Shown here: positions 8,582 through 18,735 of the stretch, piece after piece
Layout: each line of letters begins with the position of its first letter
Position numbering within the stretch: position 1 is the stretch's first letter
Source: Nitrosopumilus sp.
GTDB taxonomy: Archaea > Thermoproteota > Nitrososphaeria > Nitrososphaerales > Nitrosopumilaceae
Direction of reading: 5' to 3'
NCBI GenBank assembly: GCA_965218695.1
Contig: OZ244651.1
Location: 32,001-96,000, forward strand
DNA: 64,000 nucleotides
The notes under the pieces: model-generated
What the model was told of the DNA's origin: nothing
Seen by the model: the letters and a program-made list of their open reading frames with translations, nothing else
Databases searched by the model: none
Made by a program: the position numbers and the translations under genes

Positions 8582-8649
8582 CCAATCTGTGGAAAACACG
8601 CTAAGAGTTAACAGAGTGGAATTAAATAATTGCCGGCCACACCAGATGC

Positions 8650-9804
8650 ATGTATGATGTTGTGGTGGCAGGCGGAAGCATTGCAGGACTGCTGTGCGCA
8701 AGGGAGATAGCCTCTGCAGGATTCGACGTGCTTGTAATCGAGGAGGACTACGAGGTCGGAACGCCGGAGCACTGCGGCGGCCTGGTGAGCAGCGCGGGGC
8801 TGGAAGAGCTGGGAGTGATCCCGTTCAGGAGGATGCTGGGGCATGCCATAACGACTGCAAAATTCACGGCTCCAAACGGCCGGAGCTTCACGGTGGATTC
8901 TGGCAGGCAGAACGTGCTTGAGATAAGCAGGAGGGAGCTTGACAAGCAGGTGGCGCTGCAGGCCCGGAGGAGCGGGGCCGAGATCCGCGTCAGGACGAGT
9001 CTCCAGGAGGTTACAGGGACCGGGGCAAGGACCAAGGAAGAGGAGATAGGGTGCAGGATTCTGGTGGATGCCAGGGGGATATCCTCGGCAATCCGCAGGG
9101 ACAAGACAGGGGTGCTTGCATCCGCACAGTACGAGGTGTATGCAGACTGGATAAGAAAGGGGGAGGTTCAGGTGTTCTTTGACCAGCAGAGGTTCCCGGG
9201 ATTCTTTTCATGGGTGATTCCATCCGAGAACGGAAGGGGAAAGATCGGCGCTGCAGGAAGGGGCATCAATGCAGGCAGGGTACTGGACGATCTCATCATG
9301 GAGAAGGGCGGATGCTCGACTGTCAGGAAGATCTTTGCCCCGATATGGGTAAGGGGCCCCATCGGCAACTTTGTAGAGGGCAATACCGTGATCGTCGGGG
9401 ATGCTGCAGGGCAGGCAAAGCCCACGACGGCAGGCGGAATATTTACCGGGGGAATGGGAGGAATTCTTGCAGGCAGGGCCGTGTCGGGGTTTCTGGCCAC
9501 GGGCCAAAGGGGCAGGCTTGCCGGGTACCAGAAGGAGTGGATCGGGAGGTTTGGAGACGAGTTTCAAAGACAGGTTCTTGCAAGGAACGTGCTGGAGGGA
9601 CTTGACAACAAGACCATCAACAGACTCTTTGAGGCAGTCACGCCAAAGGTCATCAGCGAGATCTCAGGCAGCGACGGCTTTGACTTTCATGCAATCTCGA
9701 TTGCAAGACTGCTTGGTGCAAGGGGCACTGCCAAGGCAGTCGGTGCCATAGCAGGCAACAGGCTCAGAAGCAGCATCAGGGAGATGCAAGGAAGGTATAA
9801 ATGA
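8650..9804 (+). CDS. Geranylgeranyl reductase-family FAD-dependent oxidoreductase
   Basis: DVVVAGGSIAGL, HCGGLVS, R.ELDK, VGDAAGQAKPTTAGGI. Confidence 0.9.
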   Translation: MYDVVVAGGSIAGLLCAREIASAGFDVLVIEEDYEVGTPEHCGGLVSSAGLEELGVIPFRRMLGHAITTAKFTAPNGRSFTVDSGRQNVLEISRRELDKQVALQARRSGAEIRVRTSLQEVTGTGARTKEEEIGCRILVDARGISSAIRRDKTGVLASAQYEVYADWIRKGEVQVFFDQQRFPGFFSWVIPSENGRGKIGAAGRGINAGRVLDDLIMEKGGCSTVRKIFAPIWVRGPIGNFVEGNTVIVGDAAGQAKPTTAGGIFTGGMGGILAGRAVSGFLATGQRGRLAGYQKEWIGRFGDEFQRQVLARNVLEGLDNKTINRLFEAVTPKVISEISGSDGFDFHAISIARLLGARGTAKAVGAIAGNRLRSSIREMQGRYK

Positions 9805-9826
9805 AGTTTGGGGACTTTTTCATAAC

Positions 9827-10006
9827 ATGTCATCTACCATATCCCTGCCAAGATGCAGTTGTTGTCTGAGGCACATCATGCCCAACGACAAGTGCGTCAA
9901 GTTCAACTGCCCGGATTGCGGGTCGGATCTGATTTGGAGGTGCCAAAGCTGCAGGGAGGCTGCAAGGGGGTACTCGTGTACCGCGTGCGGCTTCCAGGGG
10001 CCGTGA
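9827..10006 (+). CDS. Small double zinc-ribbon protein (DUF1610/HVO_2753-like; absent from the ORF track)
   Basis: [13 protein letters not shown]...KFNCPDCG...IWRCQSCR...[11 protein letters not shown]; typical archaeal position upstream of EF-1beta. Confidence 0.88.
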   Translation: MSSTISLPRCSCCLRHIMPNDKCVKFNCPDCGSDLIWRCQSCREAARGYSCTACGFQGP

Positions 10007-10010
10007 TGAC

Positions 10011-10292
10011 ATGGCAAGTCTGCTGCTAGTTACAAAGATTCTTCCCACCGGAACGGATGTCGATCTTGACATGATGGCAGAGTCCATCAAGTCCTATCTC
10101 AGCGAAAAGATTGCCATGAGGAGGTATCAAAAGGAGCCCCTGGCATTCGGGCTGGAATTTCTCAAGGCAGAATTTATCCTAGATGACAGCGAGGGTCAGA
10201 TGGACTTGTTGGAGAATGCAGTGAGGGCGTCTGAGGGTGTGAGCGAGTTTGAGGTGCTCAACATGAGTCGGATGTCAGTCGACATGAAATAG
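10011..10292 (+). CDS. ef1b: Translation elongation factor EF-1beta
   Basis: [11 protein letters not shown]...EPLAFGL motif, 93 aa. Confidence 0.9.
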   Translation: MASLLLVTKILPTGTDVDLDMMAESIKSYLSEKIAMRRYQKEPLAFGLEFLKAEFILDDSEGQMDLLENAVRASEGVSEFEVLNMSRMSVDMK

Positions 10293-10300
10293 GTGATTCT

Positions 10301-12472
10301 GTGGCGCACAAAGACGAACCTTTGCAGATGAGGGTCGGAGAGGCCAAGCAGAGGGACGTGGGCAAGAAACGGGCAAGGATAGGCCCGCAGGCCATGGATC
10401 ATCTCCATGTTACGCCCGGAGACGTCATAGAGATTATGGGCTCAAAGTCCAGCTGCGTGGTGGTCTGGCCTGTCGACGAGGATGAAAAATTTCAGGACAT
10501 CATCAGGATGGACGGCCAGACAAGAAAGAACGTGGGAGCCACGCTAAACGATTTTGTAAGGATTAAAAAGTCTGTGGCAAAGACTGCAAAGACGGTATCC
10601 CTGACGCCGGTAAACGACACAGTTACGGTGGACAAGGAGTTTACAGACTTTGTAAAGAACAGGCTCAAGGGGCTTCCCATAACACAGGGCGATGAGATAT
10701 CGGTTATGATTCTGGGCAACTCCATGGACTTTAAGATCTCCAAGACTGCTCCGAAGGGGGTTGTAAGGATAGACCGCACCACCGGCCTGTCCATCTCAAC
10801 GGAATCGACAGTTGACAGGAAGGTCAGGGTGACATACGAGGAGGTAGGAGGACTGCGGCACGAGGTCAAGGCAATGAGGGAGATAGTAGAGCTGCCCTTG
10901 AGGCATCCGGAGCTGTTCTCAAGGCTTGGAGTCGAGCCGCACAGCGGGATTCTTCTGTACGGGGCCCCAGGATGCGGAAAGACCCTTCTTGCAAAGGTCC
11001 TTGCAAGCGAGTCAGAGGCCAACATGTTCCTGATAAACGGTCCGGAGATAATGAACAAGTACTACGGGGAGACGGAGGCCAGGCTGCGGGACATCTTCAA
11101 GGAGGCCAAGGACAGCTCTCCGAGCATCATCTTTATCGACGAGATAGACGCGATTGCGCCAAAGAGGGAGGAGGCCTACGGGGACGTGGAAAAGCGGGTC
11201 GTGGCCCAGCTGCTTGCCCTGATGGACGGCCTCGATGACAGGGGCAACGTAATCGTGCTTGGCGCCACAAACAGGCCCGACAGCGTGGATCCGGCCCTGA
11301 GAAGGCCCGGCAGGTTTGACAGGGAGTTTGAGATATCCGTACCAAACGAGGACGGCAGGCTTGAGATCATCCTGATCCACACAAGGGGGATGCCCATAAG
11401 CGAGGATGTCGACCTGAAGAATCTGGCAGCAGAGCTGCACGGATACACGGGCGCAGACATCAAGTCGCTGTGCAGGGAGGCTGCAATGAAGTCCATCAGG
11501 AGGTACCTTCCGGAGATCGACTTGGAGACGGACAGGATCTCATCAGAGGTGCTCCAGTCTATGCAGATACAGATTTCCGACTTTTATGACGCAATGCAGG
11601 AGGTCATTCCCACCGCAATGAGGGAGTTTTACGTAGAGAGATCAAAGGTCATGTGGAAGGATGTCGGGGGGCTGGATGCCATCAAGGACTCCCTGACAGA
11701 CAACCTGGCAGTGGCCATGAAGGATCCGGACAAATTTACAAGAATCGGCATCAGGCCCCCAAGGGGTGCCCTGATCTACGGACCGCCCGGATGCGGAAAG
11801 ACGCTCATCGCAAGGGCGTTTGCCACCGAAAGCGGGGCAAACATGATCCTGGTAAGGGGCCCTGAGATACTCTCAAAATGGATAGGAGAGTCTGAGAAGG
11901 CCATAAGAGGAATATTCAGAAAGGCAAGAATGTCCTCGCCGTGCGTTGTGGTGTTTGACGAGCTTGACTCCCTGGCGCGCTACAAGTCAGGCGAGGGCGG
12001 GGGGACAAGCGAGACCGTGCTAAGCCAGCTGCTCACGGAGATCGAGGAGGGGGTCAGCCCAAGGGTGATCGTGATTGGCATTACAAACAGGCCAGACGTG
12101 CTGGACAACTCGCTGCTGAGGACCGGAAGGCTGGATCTTGCCCTGTACGTGGCCCCGCCTGACGAGAAGGGGCGGCTTGAGATCATCAGGGTCCTCACTG
12201 GAAAGATGCCGCTTGCAGGTGACGTAAAGCTCACAGAGATAGCAGTGGCCACGCATAACTATACCGGCGCTGATCTTGCAGCGCTGTGCAGGGAGGCGGC
12301 AGTCACTGCAATGAAGAATAACTCTGCAAGAATTACCAGCCAGGACTTTGCAAGCAGCCTCAGGCGCATCAGGCCGTCGATCACCAAGGAGGTAGACCGG
12401 TGGTACAACACCGTAAAGGAAGGTATATCTAATGTGGTTCCCAAGTCAGGGGATAAGGCATTTTATGGATAA
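10301..12472 (+). CDS. cdc48: CDC48/VCP-family AAA+ ATPase
   Basis: N-domain plus two AAA modules (GAPGCGKT/FIDEID/ALRRPGRFD and GPPGCGKT/VFDELD). Confidence 0.96.
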   Translation: MAHKDEPLQMRVGEAKQRDVGKKRARIGPQAMDHLHVTPGDVIEIMGSKSSCVVVWPVDEDEKFQDIIRMDGQTRKNVGATLNDFVRIKKSVAKTAKTVSLTPVNDTVTVDKEFTDFVKNRLKGLPITQGDEISVMILGNSMDFKISKTAPKGVVRIDRTTGLSISTESTVDRKVRVTYEEVGGLRHEVKAMREIVELPLRHPELFSRLGVEPHSGILLYGAPGCGKTLLAKVLASESEANMFLINGPEIMNKYYGETEARLRDIFKEAKDSSPSIIFIDEIDAIAPKREEAYGDVEKRVVAQLLALMDGLDDRGNVIVLGATNRPDSVDPALRRPGRFDREFEISVPNEDGRLEIILIHTRGMPISEDVDLKNLAAELHGYTGADIKSLCREAAMKSIRRYLPEIDLETDRISSEVLQSMQIQISDFYDAMQEVIPTAMREFYVERSKVMWKDVGGLDAIKDSLTDNLAVAMKDPDKFTRIGIRPPRGALIYGPPGCGKTLIARAFATESGANMILVRGPEILSKWIGESEKAIRGIFRKARMSSPCVVVFDELDSLARYKSGEGGGTSETVLSQLLTEIEEGVSPRVIVIGITNRPDVLDNSLLRTGRLDLALYVAPPDEKGRLEIIRVLTGKMPLAGDVKLTEIAVATHNYTGADLAALCREAAVTAMKNNSARITSQDFASSLRRIRPSITKEVDRWYNTVKEGISNVVPKSGDKAFYG

Positions 12473-12474
12473 AA

Positions 12475-12771
12475 ATGACAGTTCCTCTCCGAAACATCGT
12501 AAATGACAAGATAGTAGAGGCAGGCTCCATGACTGATGCAGAGCTCTACAAGAGCTTGGCAAAGGGGGGGCATGCAATAGCAGAAGACAGATTCAACAAG
12601 CTGCTCTTGGATCTTGAGATTATGGGGCTGATCAAGGTCTCGTGGATCACAAAGGGCGAGCGCAGGATAGAGAGGTACGCAGCAGAAGACGAAGTCGACG
12701 AGGTGGCAGAGCAGAACAGGATCGCAGTAGAGAAGGACTACGAGGCAAGCTTTCCCGGTTTTGAAAAGTAG
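12475..12771 (+). CDS. Conserved hypothetical protein (winged-helix-like), coupled to cdc48
   Basis: FNKLLLDLEIMGLIKVSW; starts 2 bp after the cdc48 stop. Confidence 0.75.
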   Translation: MTVPLRNIVNDKIVEAGSMTDAELYKSLAKGGHAIAEDRFNKLLLDLEIMGLIKVSWITKGERRIERYAAEDEVDEVAEQNRIAVEKDYEASFPGFEK

Positions 12772-12819
12772 CCGACGCGCACAATATCAGGTGGCGTGAT
12801 TCCTGCCTATCTGCCAAAG

Positions 12820-12850
12820 GCGTGCGTGCGTGCATGCATGCATGCATACG
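12820..12850. repeat. 31-bp alternating purine-pyrimidine tract (GCGT)3(GCAT)4ACG
   Basis: gcgtgcgtgcgtgcatgcatgcatgcatacg between convergent genes. Confidence 0.85.
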
Positions 12851-12865
12851 GTTCCTGCAAGAAGG

Positions 12866-13753
12866 CTATGTCAGCGGAACGTGAAACGCCGCATCGAGTG
12901 CGACTGCTGCAAATATCACCGTAAGGTACGGGGCAGTCACCTTGTATGCCTTCCATGCAAACTCCGATGTGGGGGTCTTTGTAAGTTTGTAGTGGTATGC
13001 AAGCATCAGGCCGCCTGAGACTGCTGCAATTACGGTGTAGACCAGGCCCATCCCGTCAGGAATGAGCGAGGGTATCATGGAGAATGGCAGCAGTATCATG
13101 GTGTTTCCCAGGATGTACTTGGATGTCTTTTGCATTCCAATCACGACAGGCAGCATCGGAACGTTTGCCTGGGCATACTCGTCTTTGATCTTCATTGCAA
13201 GACACCAAAAGTGGGACGGGGTCCAGACAAACACCAGGAATCCGATCAGGAATCCCAGCAGATCCAGGCTTCCGGTGGCTGCAGACCAACCCGCCCAGGA
13301 GGCGGCGCTGCCTGCGATGCCCCCGATTACAATGTTTGACGTGTTTAGCCGCTTGAGCCACACCGTGTACACTACCACGTACGAGAATATCCCAACTGCG
13401 ATAAAGAAGGCGGACACGGGATTCAGCGCAAAATACCCGTACACCACAGACACGCAGCTCACTACCAGGCCGTACGCCAGCACGTGCGAAGGGGCCATCC
13501 GGCCTGACGGGATGGGCCTTGTGCTGGTCCGCTTCATCATGGGATCAATGTCCCGGTCATAGTAGTGGTTCAGGGCGCTGGATCCTGCAGACGCAAGGGC
13601 GCCTGCAAGTATGATATGCAGGTACATCCAGGGGCCGAGTTCGGGGACACCGTCAACTAGCCTGCTTGCAGCATACATCGATGTAACGGCGGTGATAACC
13701 AAAAGAACGACAATTCGAGGTTTGGAGATCTCCACTATCTCATTAAAGCCCAA
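12866..13753 (-). CDS. ctaB: Protoheme IX farnesyltransferase (heme O synthase)
   Basis: SKPRIV, NHYYDRDID..MKRT..RPIPSG, WTPSHFW, EYAQANVPMLPV. Confidence 0.95.
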   Translation of the reverse strand: MGFNEIVEISKPRIVVLLVITAVTSMYAASRLVDGVPELGPWMYLHIILAGALASAGSSALNHYYDRDIDPMMKRTSTRPIPSGRMAPSHVLAYGLVVSCVSVVYGYFALNPVSAFFIAVGIFSYVVVYTVWLKRLNTSNIVIGGIAGSAASWAGWSAATGSLDLLGFLIGFLVFVWTPSHFWCLAMKIKDEYAQANVPMLPVVIGMQKTSKYILGNTMILLPFSMIPSLIPDGMGLVYTVIAAVSGGLMLAYHYKLTKTPTSEFAWKAYKVTAPYLTVIFAAVALDAAFHVPLT

Positions 13754-13959
13754 TCCTACTTTGTCCCACTCCTAGCCATTTAATTTATTCGTCGGGTGTA
13801 GTGGTTTTGGGAGCCATTCCCGCCACATTACATGCATGTGCCGGTTCGCAGGGGGCTTGGCAGGCTGCACGGCATATGGAGGAATTGGGTTCCCTGCAGG
13901 CAAGGCGGCCGCGCACATTTCAAAACGAATAAGTATATCAGCCATGCCAGCTATTCTAA

Positions 13960-15048
13960 ATGAGTAATTGGGATCTGATGATGCCGGGAATGGGTCTGAC
14001 TGCCATAGGCATTGCAGGCCTTACCATATCATACGCGGGCATAGCACACACGTTCATCGACGGCATGCACGCGCTCACCGGCCTTACCATGTTTGTGGGA
14101 CTGATCTTCCTTGCAGTGGGGATTCTGGACGGGGGAATATCGACTAGCAACAAGGCCAAGGCAACCACCCTGGTGATCCTGTCGATCATGTTTGGGTTTG
14201 GAACATTTGCATTTACCTTCAATACCTCTGTATACACTGTCACACTGGCAGGAATCCTCATGGGGGTCGCGTTTCCGGCAATTGCCATAGCGTACATTGC
14301 ATCAAAGTATCCGGTGTACCTAAAGCCGGTGGGCACGATAATGGGGCTTGCCGCAGCCACGGGGATCATCGTATGGGTCGCCTTTGGGTTTGTCAGCCCG
14401 GACACATACCTGATTCCACAGGAGATAGCAATCGAGGAGCCCGAAGAGGAGGTCTCCAATGCCCCGGTCTTTGCAATCGAGATTCTGGAGGGCTCAGACA
14501 TCGACGGGAATCCGGACTATTCTCCTGATGTCGCAGTAGTGCCGCAGGGCTTCCGGATAGAATGGACAAACGCAGACGCAGTCATCCACACCGTAACTTC
14601 CACAGATGATGTGGGCGAGACATTCGACTCAAGCCTGCTGGGTGCAGGCCTGGTGTACACGCTGGACACGGCGGATCTGGAGGTAGGAGAGTACGATTAC
14701 TTTTGTCTGGTGCATCCGTGGATGAACTCGTTACTGATAATCGAGGAGCCAAAAGAGCCGGTCACGGTCGTGATTCCGCCAGGTTCAGGACTCATCAAGG
14801 ACGACGGGATCTACTACGATCCGGAGAACATCGACGTGCCGGTGGGCACCACCATATCATGGGACAACCAGGACGATGTGGCGCATACTGTAAATGCAGG
14901 CACGCCTGATGGCGGCCCCACGGATCTGTTTGACTCTGGGTTGTTTGATGGAGGGGTCGCATACGAGTTTACATTTACCGAAGCAGGAACCTATGACTAT
15001 TACTGCCTGGTCCACCCATGGATGGTCGGCACAGTCACCGTCGGATAG
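13960..15048 (+). CDS. Multi-TM membrane protein with two cupredoxin (type-1 copper) domains
   Basis: Several TM helices, then two W.N.D...HTV ... Y(F/Y)CLVHPWM domains. Confidence 0.9.
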   Translation: MSNWDLMMPGMGLTAIGIAGLTISYAGIAHTFIDGMHALTGLTMFVGLIFLAVGILDGGISTSNKAKATTLVILSIMFGFGTFAFTFNTSVYTVTLAGILMGVAFPAIAIAYIASKYPVYLKPVGTIMGLAAATGIIVWVAFGFVSPDTYLIPQEIAIEEPEEEVSNAPVFAIEILEGSDIDGNPDYSPDVAVVPQGFRIEWTNADAVIHTVTSTDDVGETFDSSLLGAGLVYTLDTADLEVGEYDYFCLVHPWMNSLLIIEEPKEPVTVVIPPGSGLIKDDGIYYDPENIDVPVGTTISWDNQDDVAHTVNAGTPDGGPTDLFDSGLFDGGVAYEFTFTEAGTYDYYCLVHPWMVGTVTVG

Positions 15049-15050
15049 AC

Positions 15051-15461
15051 TTGAACAGGATAATCCTGTCACGCCCAGATATCGATACGCTTACTAGACA
15101 CGCAGAGGATCGGATGCCCAACGAGGCATGCGCAATGCTGCTTGGGAGGGATGACTGCGTCAGGAGGCTGTTTCTGACTGAAAATACGGACATGTCACCT
15201 GCAAGGTTTACAGTATCGCCAGAGCAGCTGCTCGAGGCATACAGGGCAGCAGATGCTGCAGGACTCGAGGTGATAGGAATATTCCACTCCCATCCCGTCT
15301 CGGAGGCATATCCGTCAGAGACCGACAGGAGGTTCATGCGAGGCAATCCGGTGGTATGGATCATCTATTCAGGGGCAAGCAAGGATCTCAGGGGGTACGT
15401 GCTGGAGCGCGATGGCAGTGCAAGGGAGGTCCGGATAGTCTGCCAGGATTCGGAGCCCTAG
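15051..15461 (+). CDS. JAMM/MPN+ (Mov34) metalloprotease
   Basis: PNEAC..LLG, GIFHSHP...AYPSETD. TTG start assumed. Confidence 0.9.
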   Translation: MNRIILSRPDIDTLTRHAEDRMPNEACAMLLGRDDCVRRLFLTENTDMSPARFTVSPEQLLEAYRAADAAGLEVIGIFHSHPVSEAYPSETDRRFMRGNPVVWIIYSGASKDLRGYVLERDGSAREVRIVCQDSEP

Positions 15462-15592
15462 GGTCACGGATGTCCTTCACATGCAGGCTGCATCTATGGC
15501 ATTCCGGTGCAGTACGACTGCAGGCACCAGATCCATTCTATCCCCATAGAGCATTCATTCTAAATTAAATATGGCTTTTTTTCATTAATGTC

Positions 15593-15850
15593 ATGGAGAT
15601 TCACGTATACGACACCTACGTCAAGGCTGCAGACGGTCACACCATGCACTTTGACGTAATCACCAGTGAGAAGGATCACGCCAAGGCCATCACGTATGGC
15701 AAGGAGTGGCTCGAATCCGTCGGCGAGGGAGACGCAGTAATGACTCAAAACGAGTGCCAATTCTGCCATTCCCAAGGTGCTCCGGCGCCTGTCGAGCAGT
15801 CAATCAGGGAGAAAGGCTACTTCATCCAAAAGATGGAAGGCTGCTCCTAA
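15593..15850 (+). CDS. DUF2024-family protein
   Basis: VYDTYV...DGHTMHFDV, CQFCHS, GYFIQKMEGC. Confidence 0.88.
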   Translation: MEIHVYDTYVKAADGHTMHFDVITSEKDHAKAITYGKEWLESVGEGDAVMTQNECQFCHSQGAPAPVEQSIREKGYFIQKMEGCS

Positions 15851-15957
15851 ACATTTTTTTCCTTTTTTGCCAAACCAGGTAGCATCATCCTGCCGCGTGC
15901 AGTCCCCTGTCAGGCAACGCAGACACGCAGTTGACGGAGACTATCCGTAATGGCCTG

Positions 15958-15990
15958 CATCATAATCATCATCATCATCATCATCATCAT
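15958..15990. repeat. (CAT)n microsatellite, 11 units with one AAT
   Basis: catcataatcatcatcatcatcatcatcatcat between convergent genes. Confidence 0.9.
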
Positions 15991-16049
15991 GCAGAATCCA
16001 GGCATGTGTTCTTGAGTCTCAAAGACGGCAGTTGGACTCTTCTTCCTGA

Positions 16050-18089
16050 CTAGATTGCAATTACTGCCACAAAGGCAGACACGAAGACTATGGCAATGGT
16101 GTTGAGCAGTTTGATTACAGTGTTCAGCGCGGGTCCGGCAGTGTCCTTGTATGGATCGCCGATGATGTCGCCGACCACTGTAACCTTGTGCACCTCTGTG
16201 CCCTTCTCTCCCCTCATCTCGACTAGCTTTTTTGCATTGTCCCATGCGCCGCCGGTGTTTGCCAGATGGTACGCCAGGAATATTCCGGTCACGACAGAGC
16301 CCATCAGCAGTCCTGCCACCGCAGTGGGTCCCAGCAGGATTCCCAGGATTATCGGGGCGAGGATTGCAACGAGTGCAGGCTTCCACAGCTCCCTGATGGA
16401 TGCAACAGTGGCAATGTCAACACACTTGGCATAATCGGGCTTGGACTCCCCGGTAAGAATCTTCGGATCAGCCTTGAACTGCCTTCGGACCTCGTCTACC
16501 ATCTTCATTGCAGCCCTTGAGACCCCGCTGATGAGCTGTCCTGTGATGATGAATGGAATCAGTCCGCCCACCAGCAGCCCTACAATCACTGCAGGGTTGG
16601 TCAGGCTGTAGTTGAGGTCCAGTATTCCCTCAAAGACATGGGCTGCCTCAAACTGGAATGCCTGGATCATTGCCAGCGCGGCAAGCGCGGCACTTGCAAT
16701 TGCAAAGCCCTTGGTGACTGCCTTGGTTGTGTTTCCAACGGCGTCAATCTCGTCTGTAACCTTGCGGTTCTCCTCGCCCATTCCGGTCATCTCGACGATT
16801 CCCCCCGCATTGTCGGCGATTGGGCCAAACGCATCAATGCTCAGGACGATTCCTGCCAAGCTCAACATTGCCATGGCAGTCAGGGATGTTCCATAGATGC
16901 CGTACAGGATGGGATCGGTTCCCGGAGGTGCTGCATTGGATGCGAGGCTAAAGGATATGATGATTGCGACGACCAGGGCCATCATGAACGGGCCGGTGGA
17001 CTGGAGTCCCTTGATTATTCCCATTAGTGTCAGGGAGGCATAGCCCCATTTTGCAGATTCTGCAATCTCCTTTACGGGACCGTACTTGTAGTTAGTGTAA
17101 TGGTCAGTGATCTTCTGGATTATCGGTACCAGGAGTACACCAATTACGGTGGTTCCAAACAGGGCGTATGCGATTGCAGAATCTCCGACAAACTGCGTGG
17201 TGAATACAAAGTTCAGTGCTATGGCAATTGCAGCTGAGACGTAAAAGGAGCGGTTGAGGGGTTTCATCACATCTGTGATGTTCTTGGAGCCGACTATTAC
17301 AACGCCAATAATGGATGCAATCATGCCGGATGCGCCAATCAGAATAGGATACAGAAACAGGTCAGGTGCGCCAATCAGCGCTGCAATGAGCAGGGATGCA
17401 AGTATTGTGACGATGTAGGATTCATAGACATCAGAACCCATTCCGGCCGCGTCCCCCACGTTGTCCCCCACGTTGTCTGCAATCGTGGCAGGATTTCGGG
17501 GATCGTCTTCGGGAATGTTTGCCTCGACTTTTCCGACCAGGTCAGCGCCCATGTCGGCGGCCTTGGTAAATATTCCACCCCCGATTCTGATGAACAGGGC
17601 TATGAGGCTGGCGCCGATTCCGACGCCGGCAATTGTGATTGGATCAGGGTAGATGATGTAAAGCCCGGTAATTGCCAGAAGGGCCATTGCCGGAACGGCA
17701 AGACCGACTGTGGCCCCGCCCCGAAATGCCATGGCAAACGTCTTTCCCAGGCCGCTGTTGCTAAGATGCGCGGCCCTCACTGCGGCCTTGACAGTTATCT
17801 TGAGAGATATCAGTCCTGCGACAGCAGACAGCGTTGCGCCCACTGCAAAGGCAATTCCGTTGGAGGGTTGCAGGAACGCCCCTATAATTACAGACAGTGC
17901 GATGGCAACCGGTATGATTACCTTCATCTCACGCTTGAGGAATGCCGTAGCGCCTATGCGCACCGCATCTGAGATCTCCATCATCTCCTTTGTTCCGGCG
18001 GGCTGTTTTGTTATCCATGCCACAAGCAACCCGGCAACGATAAATGATGCAATTCCCGCCCCAAACGGCAGAATCTCCTGGACAGCCAT
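16050..18089 (-). CDS. hppA: Membrane-bound ion-translocating pyrophosphatase
   Basis: GGGIFTKAADMGADLVGKVE, DNVGDNVGD, GNTTKA, GDPYKDTAGP. Confidence 0.97.
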   Translation of the reverse strand: MAVQEILPFGAGIASFIVAGLLVAWITKQPAGTKEMMEISDAVRIGATAFLKREMKVIIPVAIALSVIIGAFLQPSNGIAFAVGATLSAVAGLISLKITVKAAVRAAHLSNSGLGKTFAMAFRGGATVGLAVPAMALLAITGLYIIYPDPITIAGVGIGASLIALFIRIGGGIFTKAADMGADLVGKVEANIPEDDPRNPATIADNVGDNVGDAAGMGSDVYESYIVTILASLLIAALIGAPDLFLYPILIGASGMIASIIGVVIVGSKNITDVMKPLNRSFYVSAAIAIALNFVFTTQFVGDSAIAYALFGTTVIGVLLVPIIQKITDHYTNYKYGPVKEIAESAKWGYASLTLMGIIKGLQSTGPFMMALVVAIIISFSLASNAAPPGTDPILYGIYGTSLTAMAMLSLAGIVLSIDAFGPIADNAGGIVEMTGMGEENRKVTDEIDAVGNTTKAVTKGFAIASAALAALAMIQAFQFEAAHVFEGILDLNYSLTNPAVIVGLLVGGLIPFIITGQLISGVSRAAMKMVDEVRRQFKADPKILTGESKPDYAKCVDIATVASIRELWKPALVAILAPIILGILLGPTAVAGLLMGSVVTGIFLAYHLANTGGAWDNAKKLVEMRGEKGTEVHKVTVVGDIIGDPYKDTAGPALNTVIKLLNTIAIVFVSAFVAVIAI

Positions 18090-18218
18090 GCTATATTCTG
18101 CTTGCCTTATCCTTGGAAATATAAATCAAATAGAGCGCGGGTACAGGATCGGCACGGATCATGCCCGGGCAGGAGATGATCCGGCACACAGTAGAGTTGT
18201 GTCTGCTTGCGTCATGCT

Positions 18219-18257
18219 GTAGTAGGAGCAGCAGCAGCAGCAGGCAGCAGCAGCCGC
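18219..18257. repeat. (GCA)n microsatellite
   Basis: gtagtaggagcagcagcagcagcaggcagcagcagccgc. Confidence 0.8.
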
Positions 18258-18274
18258 AATAGATGCAGGAATGG

Positions 18275-18637
18275 TTACTTTCTCTTCCGGTACGGGCCAA
18301 ATGTTCCGCCCCGGAGTCCCTGCCTTACCAGCCTGTTGAACCTCTTTCCGTGTGCAAGATACGGGAATCTCATGTGGATTAGTTCGTGGACTATCGTATT
18401 TTCAAGGGTTTTCTCGTTTGGAATCTTTCGGACGTTGATGAATATGGTGCCATACCGAAGATAGGAGACTCCGTAATACTTGTATGCAGACGTCCTCCGG
18501 CCATGGGTCATCTCTCTGGGAGCCTCAAACACCTCCCTGGTGGTCAGAAGCACCCTGGGCTCGGCAATGGAGAACCTGTCAGAATAGATTCCGACTTTTT
18601 CAAGTATTGCCAGCCTGAGATCACTGTCAAGCTTCAC
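18275..18637 (-). CDS. SprT-like HEXXH zinc-metalloprotease-fold protein
   Basis: TIVHELIHMRFPYLAHGKRF. Confidence 0.8.
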   Translation of the reverse strand: MKLDSDLRLAILEKVGIYSDRFSIAEPRVLLTTREVFEAPREMTHGRRTSAYKYYGVSYLRYGTIFINVRKIPNEKTLENTIVHELIHMRFPYLAHGKRFNRLVRQGLRGGTFGPYRKRK

Positions 18638-18735
18638 AACATGGTGTAAAGCAATTTGCGTTTATCATGCCGTGTCAATTGTTCTAAAAGATTTGGTCTA
18701 TTCTGGTTCTGTAGGGGGTACAGGTGTCTGCATGC

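Noticed and set aside
15910-16386. ORF with a poly-Met run
   Set aside because: Artefact of the (CAT)n microsatellite read in an alternative frame overlapping hppA.
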